A stretch of DNA of 64,000 nt from Octopus sinensis. Lineage: Eukaryota. How positions within the stretch are numbered: the stretch's first letter is position 1; the number at the start of each line of letters is the position of its first letter. Location: positions 8,308,001 to 8,372,000 of the forward strand of contig NC_043017.1 of the NCBI RefSeq assembly GCF_006345805.1, in the 5' to 3' direction. This document shows positions 51,728 to 64,000 of this stretch, piece after piece. The notes under the pieces are model-generated. The model made no database searches. It saw only the letters and a list, made by a program, of their open reading frames with translations, and was not told where the DNA came from. A program made the position numbers and the translations under genes.

Positions 51728-52200
51728 CATACTTCTATCTTCGATCCTCTTTGAAATTCAGTTCATGTGGTCAAATTATTCCAGGGTCGCTATTGCTATT
51801 CATCTCTCTGCAGCTGGTAAAATTCAGCACCAGTAATATTTTATTTTCCTTTCTTAATTTTAATTCAAAGCCAGTGGTTTTGAGGGGAGGGGCAAGTCAG
51901 TTCCATTGACTCAACTGCTACCTGTTTTAACGATCCCTTAAAGGGTGATGGGCAGAGTTTGAACTTACACCATGAAAAGCCAAAAGAAATGTCACTGACC
52001 ATTTTGACCATACTTCTAAGTTTGATCCTTTTTCTAAATTCAATTCACGGGGTCGAATTATGCCAGGGTCGTTATTGCTATTCATCTCTCTGGAGCTTGT
52101 CAAATTAAGTACCAGTAATATATTGTCTTTCTTTCTTAATTTTAGTTCAAAGCCAGTAATTTTGAAGGGAGGGGCAAGTCAATTCCATTGACCCAGTGCC
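51728..52200 (+). repeat. Diverged tandem duplication, 280-bp period, built from SINE C remnants
   Basis: ccatacttcta...ccagggtcgYtattgctattcatctctctg...caagtca at 51728 and 52008. Confidence 0.8.
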
Positions 52201-53418
52201 GAAATGGAACCTATTTTAATGACTCCTTAACCCTTTAGCATTCACATTGTTTTCAACTAATCATTTATTATCTTGTAGTGCTGAGACTTCAATGATGATG
52301 ATGAACCGCTAAGTGATGGGGATATAAACACACCAACATCGGTTGTCAACTGATGGTGGGGGGGGGGGCAAACACAGACACAAATAACAAACACACATAT
52401 GCATATATATACATACATATATATATATGATGGGCTTCTTTCACTTTCTGTCTACCAAATCCACCCACAAGGCTTTCATCAGCCTGAGGCTATAGTAGAA
52501 GACAGTTATCCAGGGTGCCATGCAGTGGGACTGAACCCATAACCATGTGGTTGGTAAGCCAGCTACTTACCACACAGCCACTCCTGCGCCTTGTGTTAGA
52601 AAAATAAATTAAGACTAAATTTTGATGGAAGATTTTAATTAAGATCTTTTGCGAACAAGGCATTTGTATTTCAGAGCCAGAATTAGTCTCAGGTGAGTTG
52701 GTATGAAAAGGGTTAAATAAATGTGAGGGGTCCTAGTGAAACGGCAATTTCATACCCTAAATATAATTAGCTATTTCTGTGTTGATTTGTGTTTTTGCTA
52801 AGTTCTTTTCACAATATTTTAGTCTGTTTTTTCACTGAAGCTGTCAGCAAAGATACAAGATGACTTTGGGGAAAGAGGGTAGACTTGTGGATTGTTACTT
52901 CTGGGATGCTAGCTGGAACTTGATCCACCCCAGTTAAGTCATTTGGGCGAGGATGAGGAGAGGGCTTGATGGTGAGAGACCTGAAACTGCCACCCTGTTC
53001 TGCGTACGACCCCAGGAGTATCACTGATGATGCAATGAAGAGGAATTATAAGGAATTGTATGTTCGAATCTATTTTGATATTTTAGTTGTTTTGGTCATT
53101 GATCTGTGGCCATGCTGGGGCACCACCTCCCCTAATATTTTTTTAAAGTCTGGCATTTATGCAAGTGGTCTCTTTGCTAAACTAGGTTACAGGGATGTAA
53201 ACAAACTGACGCTGGTTGTAAGTGGTGAGGTTGGGAAGGACACAAAGACACACACACACACACAATGGGTTTCCACATGGTTTCCATCTACCAAATTCAC
53301 TCTCAAAGATTGGTTAACCTGATGCTATAGCCAAAGACATTTAACTTGAGGTGCCTTACAATGGGATTGAACCCAAAATTTATTATTTTGCTTGTTCTTA
53401 TCACATTTTAGTTGTTGC

Positions 53419-53658
53419 AAGGCGGCAAGCTGGCCAAAGCATTAGCACGCTAGGTGAAATGCTTAGCGGTATTTTGTCTGCCATTACGTTCTGAGTTCAA
53501 ATTCCGTTGAGGTGGACTTTGCCTTTCATCCTTTCAGGGTCGATTAAACAAGTACCAGTTATGCACTGGGGTCAATGTAATCAACTTAATCCCTTTGTCC
53601 TTGTTTGTCCCTTTTATGTTGTAACCCCCCACCCCCTGTGAGCAATAAAGAAAGAAAT
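53419..53658 (+). mobile_element. SINE family C, full length, with 14-bp TSD
   Basis: TSD attttagttgttgc at 53405-53418 and 53659-53672. Confidence 0.88.
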
Positions 53659-55047
53659 ATTTTAGTTGTTGCTATTCTTCTTCTTTCTTCATTATCATCA
53701 TCATCATCATCATCATCATCTTCTTTCTTCATTTTCATTCTTGTTCATTCTTTGTTGTTGTTGTTGTTCTTCCTCATCTTCTTTCTTCATTCTTTGTTGT
53801 TGTTGTCATTGATCTCCTCCTTCTTTCTTCATCCTTCCTTATTTTTCTCCTTTCTTGCTCTTTTTCTCCTCCCCCTCCTCTCCCTTTTTCTTCTTCTTTC
53901 TTCCTTTTCCTCCCCCCCTCCTCTCCCTTTTTCTTCTTCTTTCTTCCTTTTCCTCCTTCTCCCTTCCTCCCTCCTTCCATCTGCTAAAAATGAAAACCCC
54001 CGAAAGACATGATGTTTGTGTGTAGAAAGTGCTGGAAAAATTCCAAACCCAAATATTCTTTCTCCTCTTTTATTTAAAATATTTTTTACACCCCACCCCC
54101 TTCCTACCACTGGAGGGGGGGTTATGGTCATAATGGTTTTATTCGTATTACTTTTTTTTTTCTTCTTTTAACCCCCTTTTTTTTTATCTTTTCAACCCAT
54201 TCTGTCTTTACTCTTTCGAATCTTCCCCTTCAATTTAAAAAAAAAAAGCAACAAAAAATAAAATTCTATTTATCTTTTTAGAATCTTTTTTTTTCATTTA
54301 TTTTTGAAACCAATTTTTTTATCTCTTTTTTATTCTGAAAAAAAAAAAATCTATTTGTTTCATTTCATCTTTTTCTTTGATTTTTCTTTATTTTTTCTTC
54401 TGTTATTTATTTATCTGTTTCTATATATATAATATATATATATATATTTGTTTATTACTATAAACATTTTTACTTAGATATATATATATAAATATATATG
54501 TTTTTGTTTATTCATTTAATAGTTTATTTGTATATTTTTTGCCCTGTTTATTTATTTATTTGTCTTTATTTATTTATTTATTTATTTATATTGTTTATTT
54601 ATTTGTTTCCTTCCTCTGCAGCCAAATTTCAATAGATCTCCAGAATTCATTGTTTGGTCATCCTTCCACTAACCTGATGATGCAAACCCATCCATTACAT
54701 CCACCCCATTGCCACCCGCGTCAATTCCGTTCTACTTTTTTGTTTTTTTTTGTTTTTTTTTGTTTGTTTTGTTGCCCTCCCCACACTCCTTCAGTTTTCA
54801 AGTATTTCATACAACAATAGTGATTTCCATATTGTTGTTGTTGTTCTTGGTGTTGGTGTTTTTAATTTAAGGGTATTGGATTATCGATGTTTGTAGTGCT
54901 ATATTTGTGTGAATGCATATGTGTATGTGTATTTATGTGTGTGTATTTGTGTGTACATGCATATATGTGTATGTATGTGTATAATTGAATGTGTGTGCAG
55001 CATTGAGTATGTTTATATGACTATTAGTGCTTGAGTGTGTATGTGCG

Positions 55048-55079
<32 letters not shown>

Positions 55080-55299
55080 CATATGTCTGTGTGCCTGTGT
55101 GTGTATGTGCATGTACATGCATGCATGTGCATCTTTGTGTTTATATATTTGTGGGTTTAGGCGTACTTTACACCAAATGTATACATTTTATGTTTGTGTG
55201 TCTATGTATATTTGTGTGGATGTGCATATGTGTGTATTTGTGAATGTTTGTGTGTGTGTGTGTTATATATTTATATTATTATTATTATTATTATTATTT

Positions 55300-55581
55300 C
55301 AAGGCAGCAAGCTGGCAGAATCGTTAGCATGCTGGGCAAAAATGCTTAGCAGCATTTCGTTTGCCTCCATGAGGTCCAATGCTAGAAAGGTGCTTTTTAC
55401 ATTCCACTGGCACAGGTGCCAGTTATGTGACATCAGCATCAGCTATGACTATGATTTCACTTGGCTTGATGGGTCTTCTCAAATGGCACCTTGGGCAAGT
55501 GTCTTCTTCCACTAGAGCCTCGGGCCGACCAAAGTCTTGTGAGTGGATTTGGTAGACAGAAACAGAAAGAAGCCCATCGTG

Positions 55582-55638
<57 letters not shown>

Positions 55639-55845
55639 TTGTGTGTGTGTGTGTGTATGTTTGTGTGTGTCCTAGCATCACTTGACAACCGATGCTGGTG
55701 TGTTTACGTCCCCGTAACTTAGCGGTTTAGCAAAGAGACCGATAGAATAAGTACTAGGCTTACAAAGAATAAGTCCTGGGGTTGACTTGCTCGACCAAAG
55801 GCGGTGCTCCAGCAAGTAAAAGCTGAAACAAGTAAAAGAAAAAAG
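55300..55845 (+). mobile_element. Patchwork: SINE C head, inverted RTE tail fragment (55355-55480), then SINE family A
   Basis: Sequence similarity to other copies in the window. Confidence 0.7.
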
Positions 55846-55889
55846 AAAGAATATATATTATTTATATATGTGTATGTGTGTGTGTATGT

Positions 55890-56075
55890 GTGGAGGGAAC
55901 TTGCAGAAAGGATAGACCCAGGAAGACATGGGATGAAGTGTTGAGAAAGGATCATCAGATGTTGGGCTTCACAGATGGGATGACAGGGAACTGAAACTCC
56001 TGGCTGTTTGCTGTGCTTGAGAAGACACATCAAGCTAAGTAAAGTTGAGATAGTCTTTGCGTGCAGGCATGTCCG
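55890..56075 (+). mobile_element. RTE-clade LINE ORF C-terminal fragment
   Basis: EGTCRKDRPRKTWDEVLRKD...W.FAVLEKTHQAK* resembles the RTE GRP.KTW...D C-terminal motif. Confidence 0.75.
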
Positions 56076-56230
56076 CACATAAATACAACAGGCTTCTTGC
56101 AGTTTCCACTCACAAAGCTTTGGTCAGCCTGAGGTTATAGCACAAGACACTTGCCCGGGGTGCCATGCAGTGGGACTGAACCTAGAACTGTGTGGTTGGG
56201 AAGCAAGATTCTTACCACACAGCCACTCCG

Positions 56231-56261
<31 letters not shown>

Positions 56262-56433
56262 CATACATATATACACAGACACATATCCATGCATATGCAC
56301 AAACACATGCATGCAGGTGTCTGCATGTATAATATATATGTATACATGTATATATATATGTGTACATGTATATATATATATGTGTGTATGTACATGTGTA
56401 CATCTTTTTGTGCATGTACATGTTTGACTGTTT

Positions 56434-56470
<37 letters not shown>

Positions 56471-57049
56471 AGTGTGTATGCAAGTATAATGTATGTATGT
56501 GTGTGATTGTGTGTGTGTGTGCTTGTTGTATAATCTTCTATCTTTGAATATAATTTGTTAATTTAGACTATTCTTTTGTGTCTTAGATGGAATATTACTT
56601 TTCTCCCAAATTCTAATGGAATCGATAGCAGAAGATTTACACACACACACATACAAAGACACACACACACACACACACACACACTTGTATATATATACGC
56701 ACTCATTGTAATATTTTCATGAGAATTTTTCATAAGCACCAATTGGAGATTGTTGAACACTCTCTGCAAAACACATCACCACCACCACCACCATCACCAT
56801 CATGATCATCATCATCATCATCATCATCTACCTCCATCATTGCTGTTTCTATTACATTGTTGTCTTCACCACCGCTGCCGCCACAACTCCCGCTTCTTCA
56901 TCTTGTTTTAGCTCATATTCAGATTTGCTATATTATATTTTGGTGTTTTTATCCTTTTCATTAGCTGTCACACTCTCCCACCGCTTGTTTTTGCAACAAG
57001 TCTTCATAATGCTGCACATTCATTTACCTTGTGGCAAAAACAAAACAAA

Positions 57050-57599
57050 AATTATTATTATTATTATTATTATTATTGTTATTATTATTATTATTATTAT
57101 TAGTGAAAAAGGTTGTGACGTGGCAGAGTTGTTAGCACACTGGGCGAAATGCATAGCAGCATCCTATCTGTCTCTACGTTCTGGGTTCAAATTCTGCCGA
57201 GGTCAACTTTGCCTTTCATCCTTTCAGGGTGGATAAATTAAGTACCAGTGAAACACTTGGGTCAATGTAATTGACTATCCCCCTCCCCACAAATTTCAGA
57301 CCTTGTGTTTATATTAGAAAAGGTTGTTGTTATTATTATTATATTATTATTATTATTATTATTATTATTAGTGAGGCAGAGTTGGCAGAATCGTTAGCAC
57401 ACCAAGTGAAATGTTTAGTGGTATTTCATCTGCTGCTACATTCTAAGTTCAAATTCTGCCGAGGTCGACTTTACCTTTCATCCTTTCAGAGTCAATGAAA
57501 TAAGTACCAGTTATGTGCTGGGGTTGATGTAATCAACTATCTCCCTCTCCCAAATTTCAGGCCTTATGCCTGTAGTAGAAAAGCTTAGTATTATTATTA

Positions 57600-57639
<40 letters not shown>

Positions 57640-57902
57640 GTTGTTGTTGTTGTTGTTATTGTTATTTTTATTATTGTTGTTGTTGTTAAGTCTGCAAGCT
57701 GGCAGTATCTTTAGCACGCTGGAAAAAAATGCTTAGCGACATTTCTTCCATCTTGGTGTTCTGAGTTCAAATGCCACCAAGGTCGACTTTGCCTTTCATC
57801 CTTTCAGGGTCAATAAAATAAATACCAGTTGAGCACTGGGTTCCTTGTAATCGACTTACTCCCTTCCTTTAAAGTTATTGGCTTTGTGGCAAAATTTGAA
57901 AC

Positions 57903-57953
<51 letters not shown>

Positions 57954-57975
57954 TATTATCATCATTATTATTTAA
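57050..57975 (+). mobile_element. Three head-to-tail SINE family C copies separated by (TTA)n
   Basis: Copies at ~57110-57320, 57372-57585 and 57690-57902, each flanked by TTA repeats. Confidence 0.85.
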
Positions 57976-58614
57976 TTAATAATAATCGTTGTTGTTGTTG
58001 TTATTTTCTATTCAGTGTTTTTAAAATAATATCTTCTCCCAATAATCAGAATTCCCTCTAATAATCTGCTGCCTGTTTGATCTTTCATATTTCTGTATGG
58101 GGAACTATGTTTCATTAAGTGGAATTCTGTATTGGAAATGTATTTCGTTAAGTGAAATATGATATTGGAAATATGTTTCATTGAGTATGAATCGAAAAAT
58201 AAGTTTTAATTACATAAATAATTCTTCAGAAAGGAATAAAAATAAAATGGTTTCCTTTTACATGTCATATTTATGGAACTTGCTTTATTTGCCGGGAGAG
58301 CGACAGATTAAAGACATTCAAAAGAGAGACACAAATCTGGGAATACATTGAGATTGTAAAGAAAACTCTGCATGAAATATGATATAAATATATTTATTCA
58401 TTCATAAAGTTAAGGTTTCTTTCCCTCCACCACTACTCTGAGTTTGTATTCCTGTGTTTTCCCATCAAATACCAGAGGAGTAACAGTTTTAGGCTGCGGT
58501 TTCAAATGAATGAATATACTCTGCTGCATGTATTGAGTAACATTTTTCTTGTTTGTAAAATCAAATGTGTGTGTTTGTGTACACACACACACACACACAC
58601 CACACACACACACA

Positions 58615-58770
58615 CACTCGGAGTGGTTGGCGTTAGGAAGGGCATCCAGCTGTAGAAACTCTGCGAGGTCAGATTGGAGCCTGGTGTAGCCATCTGGTTC
58701 GTCAGACCTCAGTCAAATCGTCCAACCTATTCCAGCATGGAAAGTGGACGTTAAACGATGATGAGGATGA
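58615..58770 (+). mobile_element. RTE-type tail
   Basis: ctcggagtggttggcgttaggaagggcatccagctgtag...ggacgttaaacgatgatg. Confidence 0.82.
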
Positions 58771-58889
58771 TATATATATATATATGTCAAAAAGCAAAAG
58801 TATGATGAATATGGTTATAGTTTAATGTTTGAAATGAGTTTAGAGTCTCTTGATGTTTTGGACGTTAATCCATTTTCAACCTTAGACAT

Positions 58890-59306
58890 ATAGGCGTTGG
58901 AGTGGCTGTGTGGTAAGTAGTGTGCTTACGAACCACATGGTTCTGGGTTCAGTCCCACTGCGTGGCACCTTGGACAAGTGTCCTTTACTATAGCCTTGGG
59001 CCGACCAAAGCCTTGTGAGTGGATTTGGTAGATGGAAACTGAAAGAAGCCCTACGTATATATGTATATATATATATGTATGTGTGTGTGTATATGTTTGT
59101 GTGTCTGTGTTTGTCCCCCCCAACATCACTTGACAACTGATGCTGGTGTGTTTACATCCCCGTAATGTAGCGGTTTGGCAAAAGAGACTGATAGAATAAG
59201 TACTAGACTTACAAAGAATAAGTCCTGGGGTCGATTTGCTCGACTAAAGGCGGTGCTCCAGCATGGCCACAGTCAAATGACTGAAACAAATAAAAGAGTA
59301 AAAGAG
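58890..59306 (+). mobile_element. SINE family A, full length (reference copy)
   Basis: A-box tggctgtgtggt, B-box gggttcagtccc, internal microsatellite, tail taaaagagtaaaagag. Confidence 0.9.
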
Positions 59307-60134
59307 TATATCTTCTACGTCTGGAGCTATGGACTAACCAGGTTGCTTTATCCACCTTACACAATAAATGGTTTTAAGTTATCTACAAAAGGCTGACACA
59401 CACCTGAGCATGAGATTCTTGTCAACTCATAATTCTACTCTTAGTAATTAGCATAATGAAATAAGACAATTATAAAATAGCTTTTAACTATTTAATAAAA
59501 CTAAAGAAATTGTATTTAGAAGAAATGTCAAAAAGCTAGTAATTAGCGCAAAAGCAACAGAAGCTTAATAATTAACATTTTGAAACCTAAAAAAATGTCA
59601 TCATTGTTTAGCTTTGGGGCATTTCAGAAGCATTCAGATAAGCAGGAATTCTTCTTGTTGTGTTTGGTCTGTTAGGGTTGTTCATTACTGTTATATTGTG
59701 CTGAATCAAAAGTCTTGTAATATTTTGGTGATTTATTTGTTTTACTCATCAAGTTACAAGAAAATCAGCCAAGCATTCAAAGTAGAGGCCATCATATGGC
59801 ACCATCTGAAGCTGCCTTTCTGCCAAATTCTTTGATCTCATGCTGATATCAGTTCTTGTCCTTTGAGGTCAAGAACTCCTTTGCTGAAGCTGCCATCTCC
59901 GCTTGGTTGATGAAGCATCGTGAGTGTAGGAAACGAGCCCTGGATCAGAACAAATGATAATCTTAGAGAGCTAGGTCTGGACTATATGTTGGGTGTGAGC
60001 TGAGTGTGACATCAGTTTGACTCCCTCAAGTTCCTGAAGTTTAGTTTGGGCTGTTTGAGTGTTATGAGGTCTTGCTCCAGAAGGGCTTGCTTTCTCTTAA
60101 CCAATGCTGGGTATTTTTGCCACACAATGGCATA

Positions 60135-60550
60135 CATCCGTGAGATGCTGAGCTCACCTGATACTTTCTGAGTGCTACTCACTGGATTTGCCTCTGTGGT
60201 TTAGAGCAAGGCCTTTGAAATCCACAGTTTTAGGCCCACCTAACCTTGCTTGATTGCTGAGGTTCTTGCAACTCGTGAAATTTCTTGAACCTTCTGGTTA
60301 CTGTACTGTTATCAACTACGCCTTTACCTTTCACACACCAAATGTTTTGGGTTGCTTCTAAAGTGCTATAGACCAGTTTGAACTTCTAAAACATAAGTTC
60401 CCAAATTGACTACGTTGCACGTTCACCTGTGTGGCTTTCAAAATTACACACCGAGTGAATCAATGCACAACATGTCAGCTCATCAACTACCACAGTTCTA
60501 CCAAGCTCAGTGGATACCTTCCATGGCTGGAACTGCTTTAGTCACATGAT
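60135..60550 (-). mobile_element. Mariner transposase N-terminal (HTH) remnant, heavily decayed
   Basis: Across frameshifts the minus strand reads approximately ELMF.KFKL...ATQNI...KGKGVVDNSTVTRRFKKF...KNLSNQAR.GGPKTVD...EANPVSSTQK. Confidence 0.65.
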
Positions 60551-61589
60551 ATACACACTCACCACCTTATGATTGTGAGCCCAACACTGTAACCACTGAG
60601 CCATGCGCCTTCACGTTTCAACAGAACTATGATAACAGAAGGGGTTAAAATCATTATTTAACATGCCTCCCCCCCTCTTCATCATTTGCTGCTTCTTTCA
60701 GAATTATGTTATCACCATTGCTGATGTTATCATTGTAATTTCTGTGTGCATAATTCTATTTGCTTAAACGAGAGACTGGCATAGCTAAAGGCTTGCAGTT
60801 TTTCATTAGTGTTATCTTGTGCTTCTGATCTGATCCAGGAGCCTCGAGAGAGATTAATTGGTCTGTTAAGACAGCATCACACTGGCCTTCCTCACCAACT
60901 GGGAACTGAATCAAGGAATGGTAACAAGAGAATATTTCTATTGCTTCAGGCACCTTTATGCTTAACTTTTTATCTCTTGTCTTTTATTTCGTTTCGTTGT
61001 TGGGCTATGGCCATGCTGGGGCACCAGCTTGAAGAGTTAATTTGAATAAATCGACCTCACTACTTATTTTCAAATCTGAGACTTATTCTATCAATTTCTT
61101 TTGCCAAAGTGCTTGGTTACAAGGATGTAAACAAACCAACACTTGTCAAGTGGTGGTGGGGTGACAAACACACACACATACATGCACACATGTGCACACA
61201 CACACATTGAGACACATTCATAGATATATGCATACATAGTCACATACCTACTTATACAAACATAGTCTCACACATACATACACAAACTCAGTCATACACA
61301 CTCAGTTACTCCTCTATGGATACACATACACACACACATCCATAGAAACACACATGTACACAGTCTGTCTTCAACATACACACATTCAGTCACCACACAC
61401 ACACACACACACCTTCATGTGCACATTTTGATGCTTGTCCTGGGCACCATTTACCCTAGTTACACCCCTGGTTATAATAGAAGAAACTTGTCCAAAGTGC
61501 CGCACATTGGGACTGAACTCCAAACCACACGGTTGAAAAGTGAACTTCTTAACCACGCAACCACACCTGCACCTATTCATACAAATAAT

Positions 61590-61806
61590 CCTTTCTACTA
61601 TAGGCACAAGGCCTCAAATTTGTGGGGAGGGGACTAGTTTATTACATCAACCCCAGTGTTTCACTGGTACTTAATCTTTCGACCCCGAAAGGATGAAAGG
61701 CAAAGTTGACCTCGGCGGAATTTGAACTCAGAACGTAGTGGCAGACAATATAACACTAAGCATTTTGTCTGGCGTGCTAACAATTCTGCCAGCTTGCCGC
61801 TGCCTT
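61590..61806 (-). mobile_element. SINE family C with 14-bp TSD
   Basis: TSD ttcatacaaataat at 61576-61589 and 61807-61820. Confidence 0.88.
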
Positions 61807-62943
61807 TTCATACAAATAATGGTTAAATAACAGGCAGAATAGATTTCATATTCTCTTCTGACTATTTTCATATATCCCCTGTATAGGGGCATAATAAAAT
61901 CGAGCTTGGAAAAATAATAAAACTGGCTTTGGGCTTTTATGTTTTAAACATCAAATACGAACAAGCTGTTAAATAATTTCTTTTGAGAAAAAGATTTTCC
62001 ATGGTTTTTTTTTTACTTCTTTTTTCCTCTTCTTTTTTTTTCCAAAAACTTTTCACAAAAATCTATAACTTGCTCTAATGTGATTGTTTCCTCAAAATTC
62101 AAAATGGCTACCCCATGAATGGAAATATTGGACAATTTAGCACCTAACACTGATAGGCAGTTATTTTTTAACAACCTTATTGCCAATGAAAACCTCTGTG
62201 TTTGTCTGTGCGGGTCTAACATATCACTGCAGCAATCTCAATGGTGTTATTTAGAAATATTCAAATGGTAAAACAACAATTTCTGTGTGAAGCAACACAT
62301 TCCTTTGAAAAATCTAAATTGATAATGTCTGTCAAATTTTCAAACACTATTAGACTTTACATGTGAACTTCCCGTGACCTGTTGTGTGTTACTAAAATGA
62401 CATTGGTACCGAAGTTGCAACTCAGTGGTACCTAAACATAAGTTCTTCAAATTCTACTAAAAAAAATGTGATTCTTCAATTTAATGTTAAATTGCTTTTA
62501 TTCTGGTATTCTGTTTCTTGTTTCATTCATTTGACTGCAGCCATGCTGGAGCACGGCCTTAAAGGGTTTTTAGTCACAGAAATCAACCTCAGGACTTATC
62601 GGTCTCTTTTACTGAACCACTAGGTTATGAGGACGTAAACACATCAACATCAGTTGTCAAGCAATGGTGTGGGAGACAAACACAGACACATAAATAAATA
62701 CATATGCTTTACATACACAGATACACACACATATCGTTGCTATTATGTTAAACTGCCGTATGTCAAAATTTGGCCAAATATTGATTTTTGCTCACAATAG
62801 CCGATTCTTTTGGTTAAACTGTTGTATCTCCAGTTGCTTCAGATGCCAAGATATCATAAATTGTAGTGTAGCACACAACATGGTTTCCACAGCTTGATGT
62901 TCTTCCTAACTAATAAATAAATAAATAAATATATATATATATA

Positions 62944-63008
<65 letters not shown>

Positions 63009-63065
63009 GTATGGTATGTATGTATGTAGTATGTATGTATGTATGTATGTATGTGTATGTATGTA

Positions 63066-63248
63066 TAGTGAGAATTTACAAAAAAAGCAAAAGATGAAGA
63101 CAGGTGTGTAAACAACAAGCAGATGTATAAGTTTAACACTTGGGAAGTGAAAAAGTCTTTTACATTTCGAGCCTATGCTCTTTGACAGAAAGGAACACAG
63201 AAATAAACAGGGAGAGAAAATAGAAAAAAGTTTAATGGCTAGCGATCT
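63066..63248 (-). mobile_element. Short Penelope-like terminal fragment with a degenerate hammerhead-like motif
   Basis: Minus strand ctgtcaa-agagc-atag-gctc-gaaatgt (63162-63188): stem II plus GAAA, core mutated. Confidence 0.4.
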
Positions 63249-63634
63249 ATATCTATCTATTTATATATATATATGTATATGCATACATTGTGTTCTTGAG
63301 CAAAAGACTTCATTTCACATTGCTCTGCAAGTGGAAGAGTGGCAGAATCATTGGAGCATTGGCAGAAATGTATTACTGTATATCTTCTGTCTCTCTACAT
63401 TCTGTGTTCAAATATCACCTGCCTGGGGAAGGCAATGGAGAAACAACTCCAGTTTTCATCTCAAGTCTAGTCATGGTAGCCAAAGTTCCAGTAACCTCTT
63501 AAAGGTAACAGGGGAATGTATGAGGCCCCTGATGTCTTATATAGAGTGCTGGAGAAGGTTCACATGCACAGGGCCTGCCTAAGGGAAGACCACCACTAAA
63601 CTAATACACACACACAACACACACACACACACAT

Positions 63635-63950
63635 CAAGGCACCTGTTTCTGCCTCTCTGTCTCTCTGCCACACTTGAACCTTTGATCATCTGACAGAAGA
63701 TCACGTCCTCTTCTCTCAAAGGATCCTTATCTTGCAAGTTACTTGGTGACTCTGCTAATGCAAGTGCCACTTAAAAATCATCAAGTTCACACTGTAAAGT
63801 GGTCGGTATTTGGAAAGGCATTCAGCTGTAAAAACCATGCCATAACAGACACAGAAGTCTGGTGCCAATCTCCTGCCTGGCTGGCTCCTGTCAAACCATC
63901 CAACCCATGCTAGCATGAAAGGTGGACGTTAAACAATGTTGATGATGATA
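63635..63950 (+). mobile_element. RTE-type retroelement 3' region
   Basis: Homologous to 13872-14540; tail ggacgttaaacaatgttgatgatga. Confidence 0.72.
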
Positions 63951-64000
63951 TATACATATACATATATGTGGAGGCGCAATGGCCCAGTTGTTAGGGCAGC

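Noticed and set aside
54622-54740. Exon after strong acceptor ttccttcctctgcAG
   Set aside because: No clear donor; stops in two frames and the third runs into T-rich low complexity.
58410-58530. Protein-like minus-strand peptide (KTVTPLVFDGKTQEYKLRVVVEG)
   Set aside because: Short, weak acceptor context, no recognisable family.
62119-62271. 50-codon + strand ORF MEILDNLAPN...
   Set aside because: Short, no recognisable domain or supporting splice structure.
104-63770. Most ORFs in the supplied track (YIYI, CVCV, THTH, poly-I/N/M/S, F/L/S-rich)
   Set aside because: Translations of microsatellites, low-complexity tracts or SINE sequence; no domain-like content.

Overview
AT-rich, extremely repeat-dense animal DNA. 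The mix of tRNA-derived SINE families, RTE/CR1/Dong LINE fragments and long (TA)n/(CA)n/(TAA)n microsatellites matches what I recognise from Octopus genomes (inference). There is no intact long protein-coding gene, and almost all ORFs in the supplied track are microsatellite or SINE artefacts. Splice signals at the left edge suggest the window is mostly a very large intron of a + strand host gene (low confidence). Recognisable elements: a near full-length, decayed Tigger/pogo transposon with both TIRs (4493-7210); a DD37D (maT) Tc1/mariner remnant; two mariner remnants; Tc1-, Tigger-, piggyBac- and Helitron-type non-autonomous elements; CR1-, RTE- and R4/Dong-clade LINE fragments; and dozens of SINEs. 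Most interesting: (1) a young, CpG-rich 2.6-kb composite element with 4.5 near-identical ~288-bp monomers, further VNTRs and an RTE tail (29199-31845); (2) a tandemly amplified ~65-nt RNA module (hairpin plus H-type pseudoknot, with compensatory changes) in RTE-type tails; (3) a fold-back pair of tRNA-headed SINEs carrying a Penelope-type minimal hammerhead motif (24357-24740); (4) a reciprocal sequence exchange between the Tigger interior and its flank; (5) stacked insertions into (TAA)n and into a single shared target site. All coordinates and alignments were read by eye; no database searches were run.
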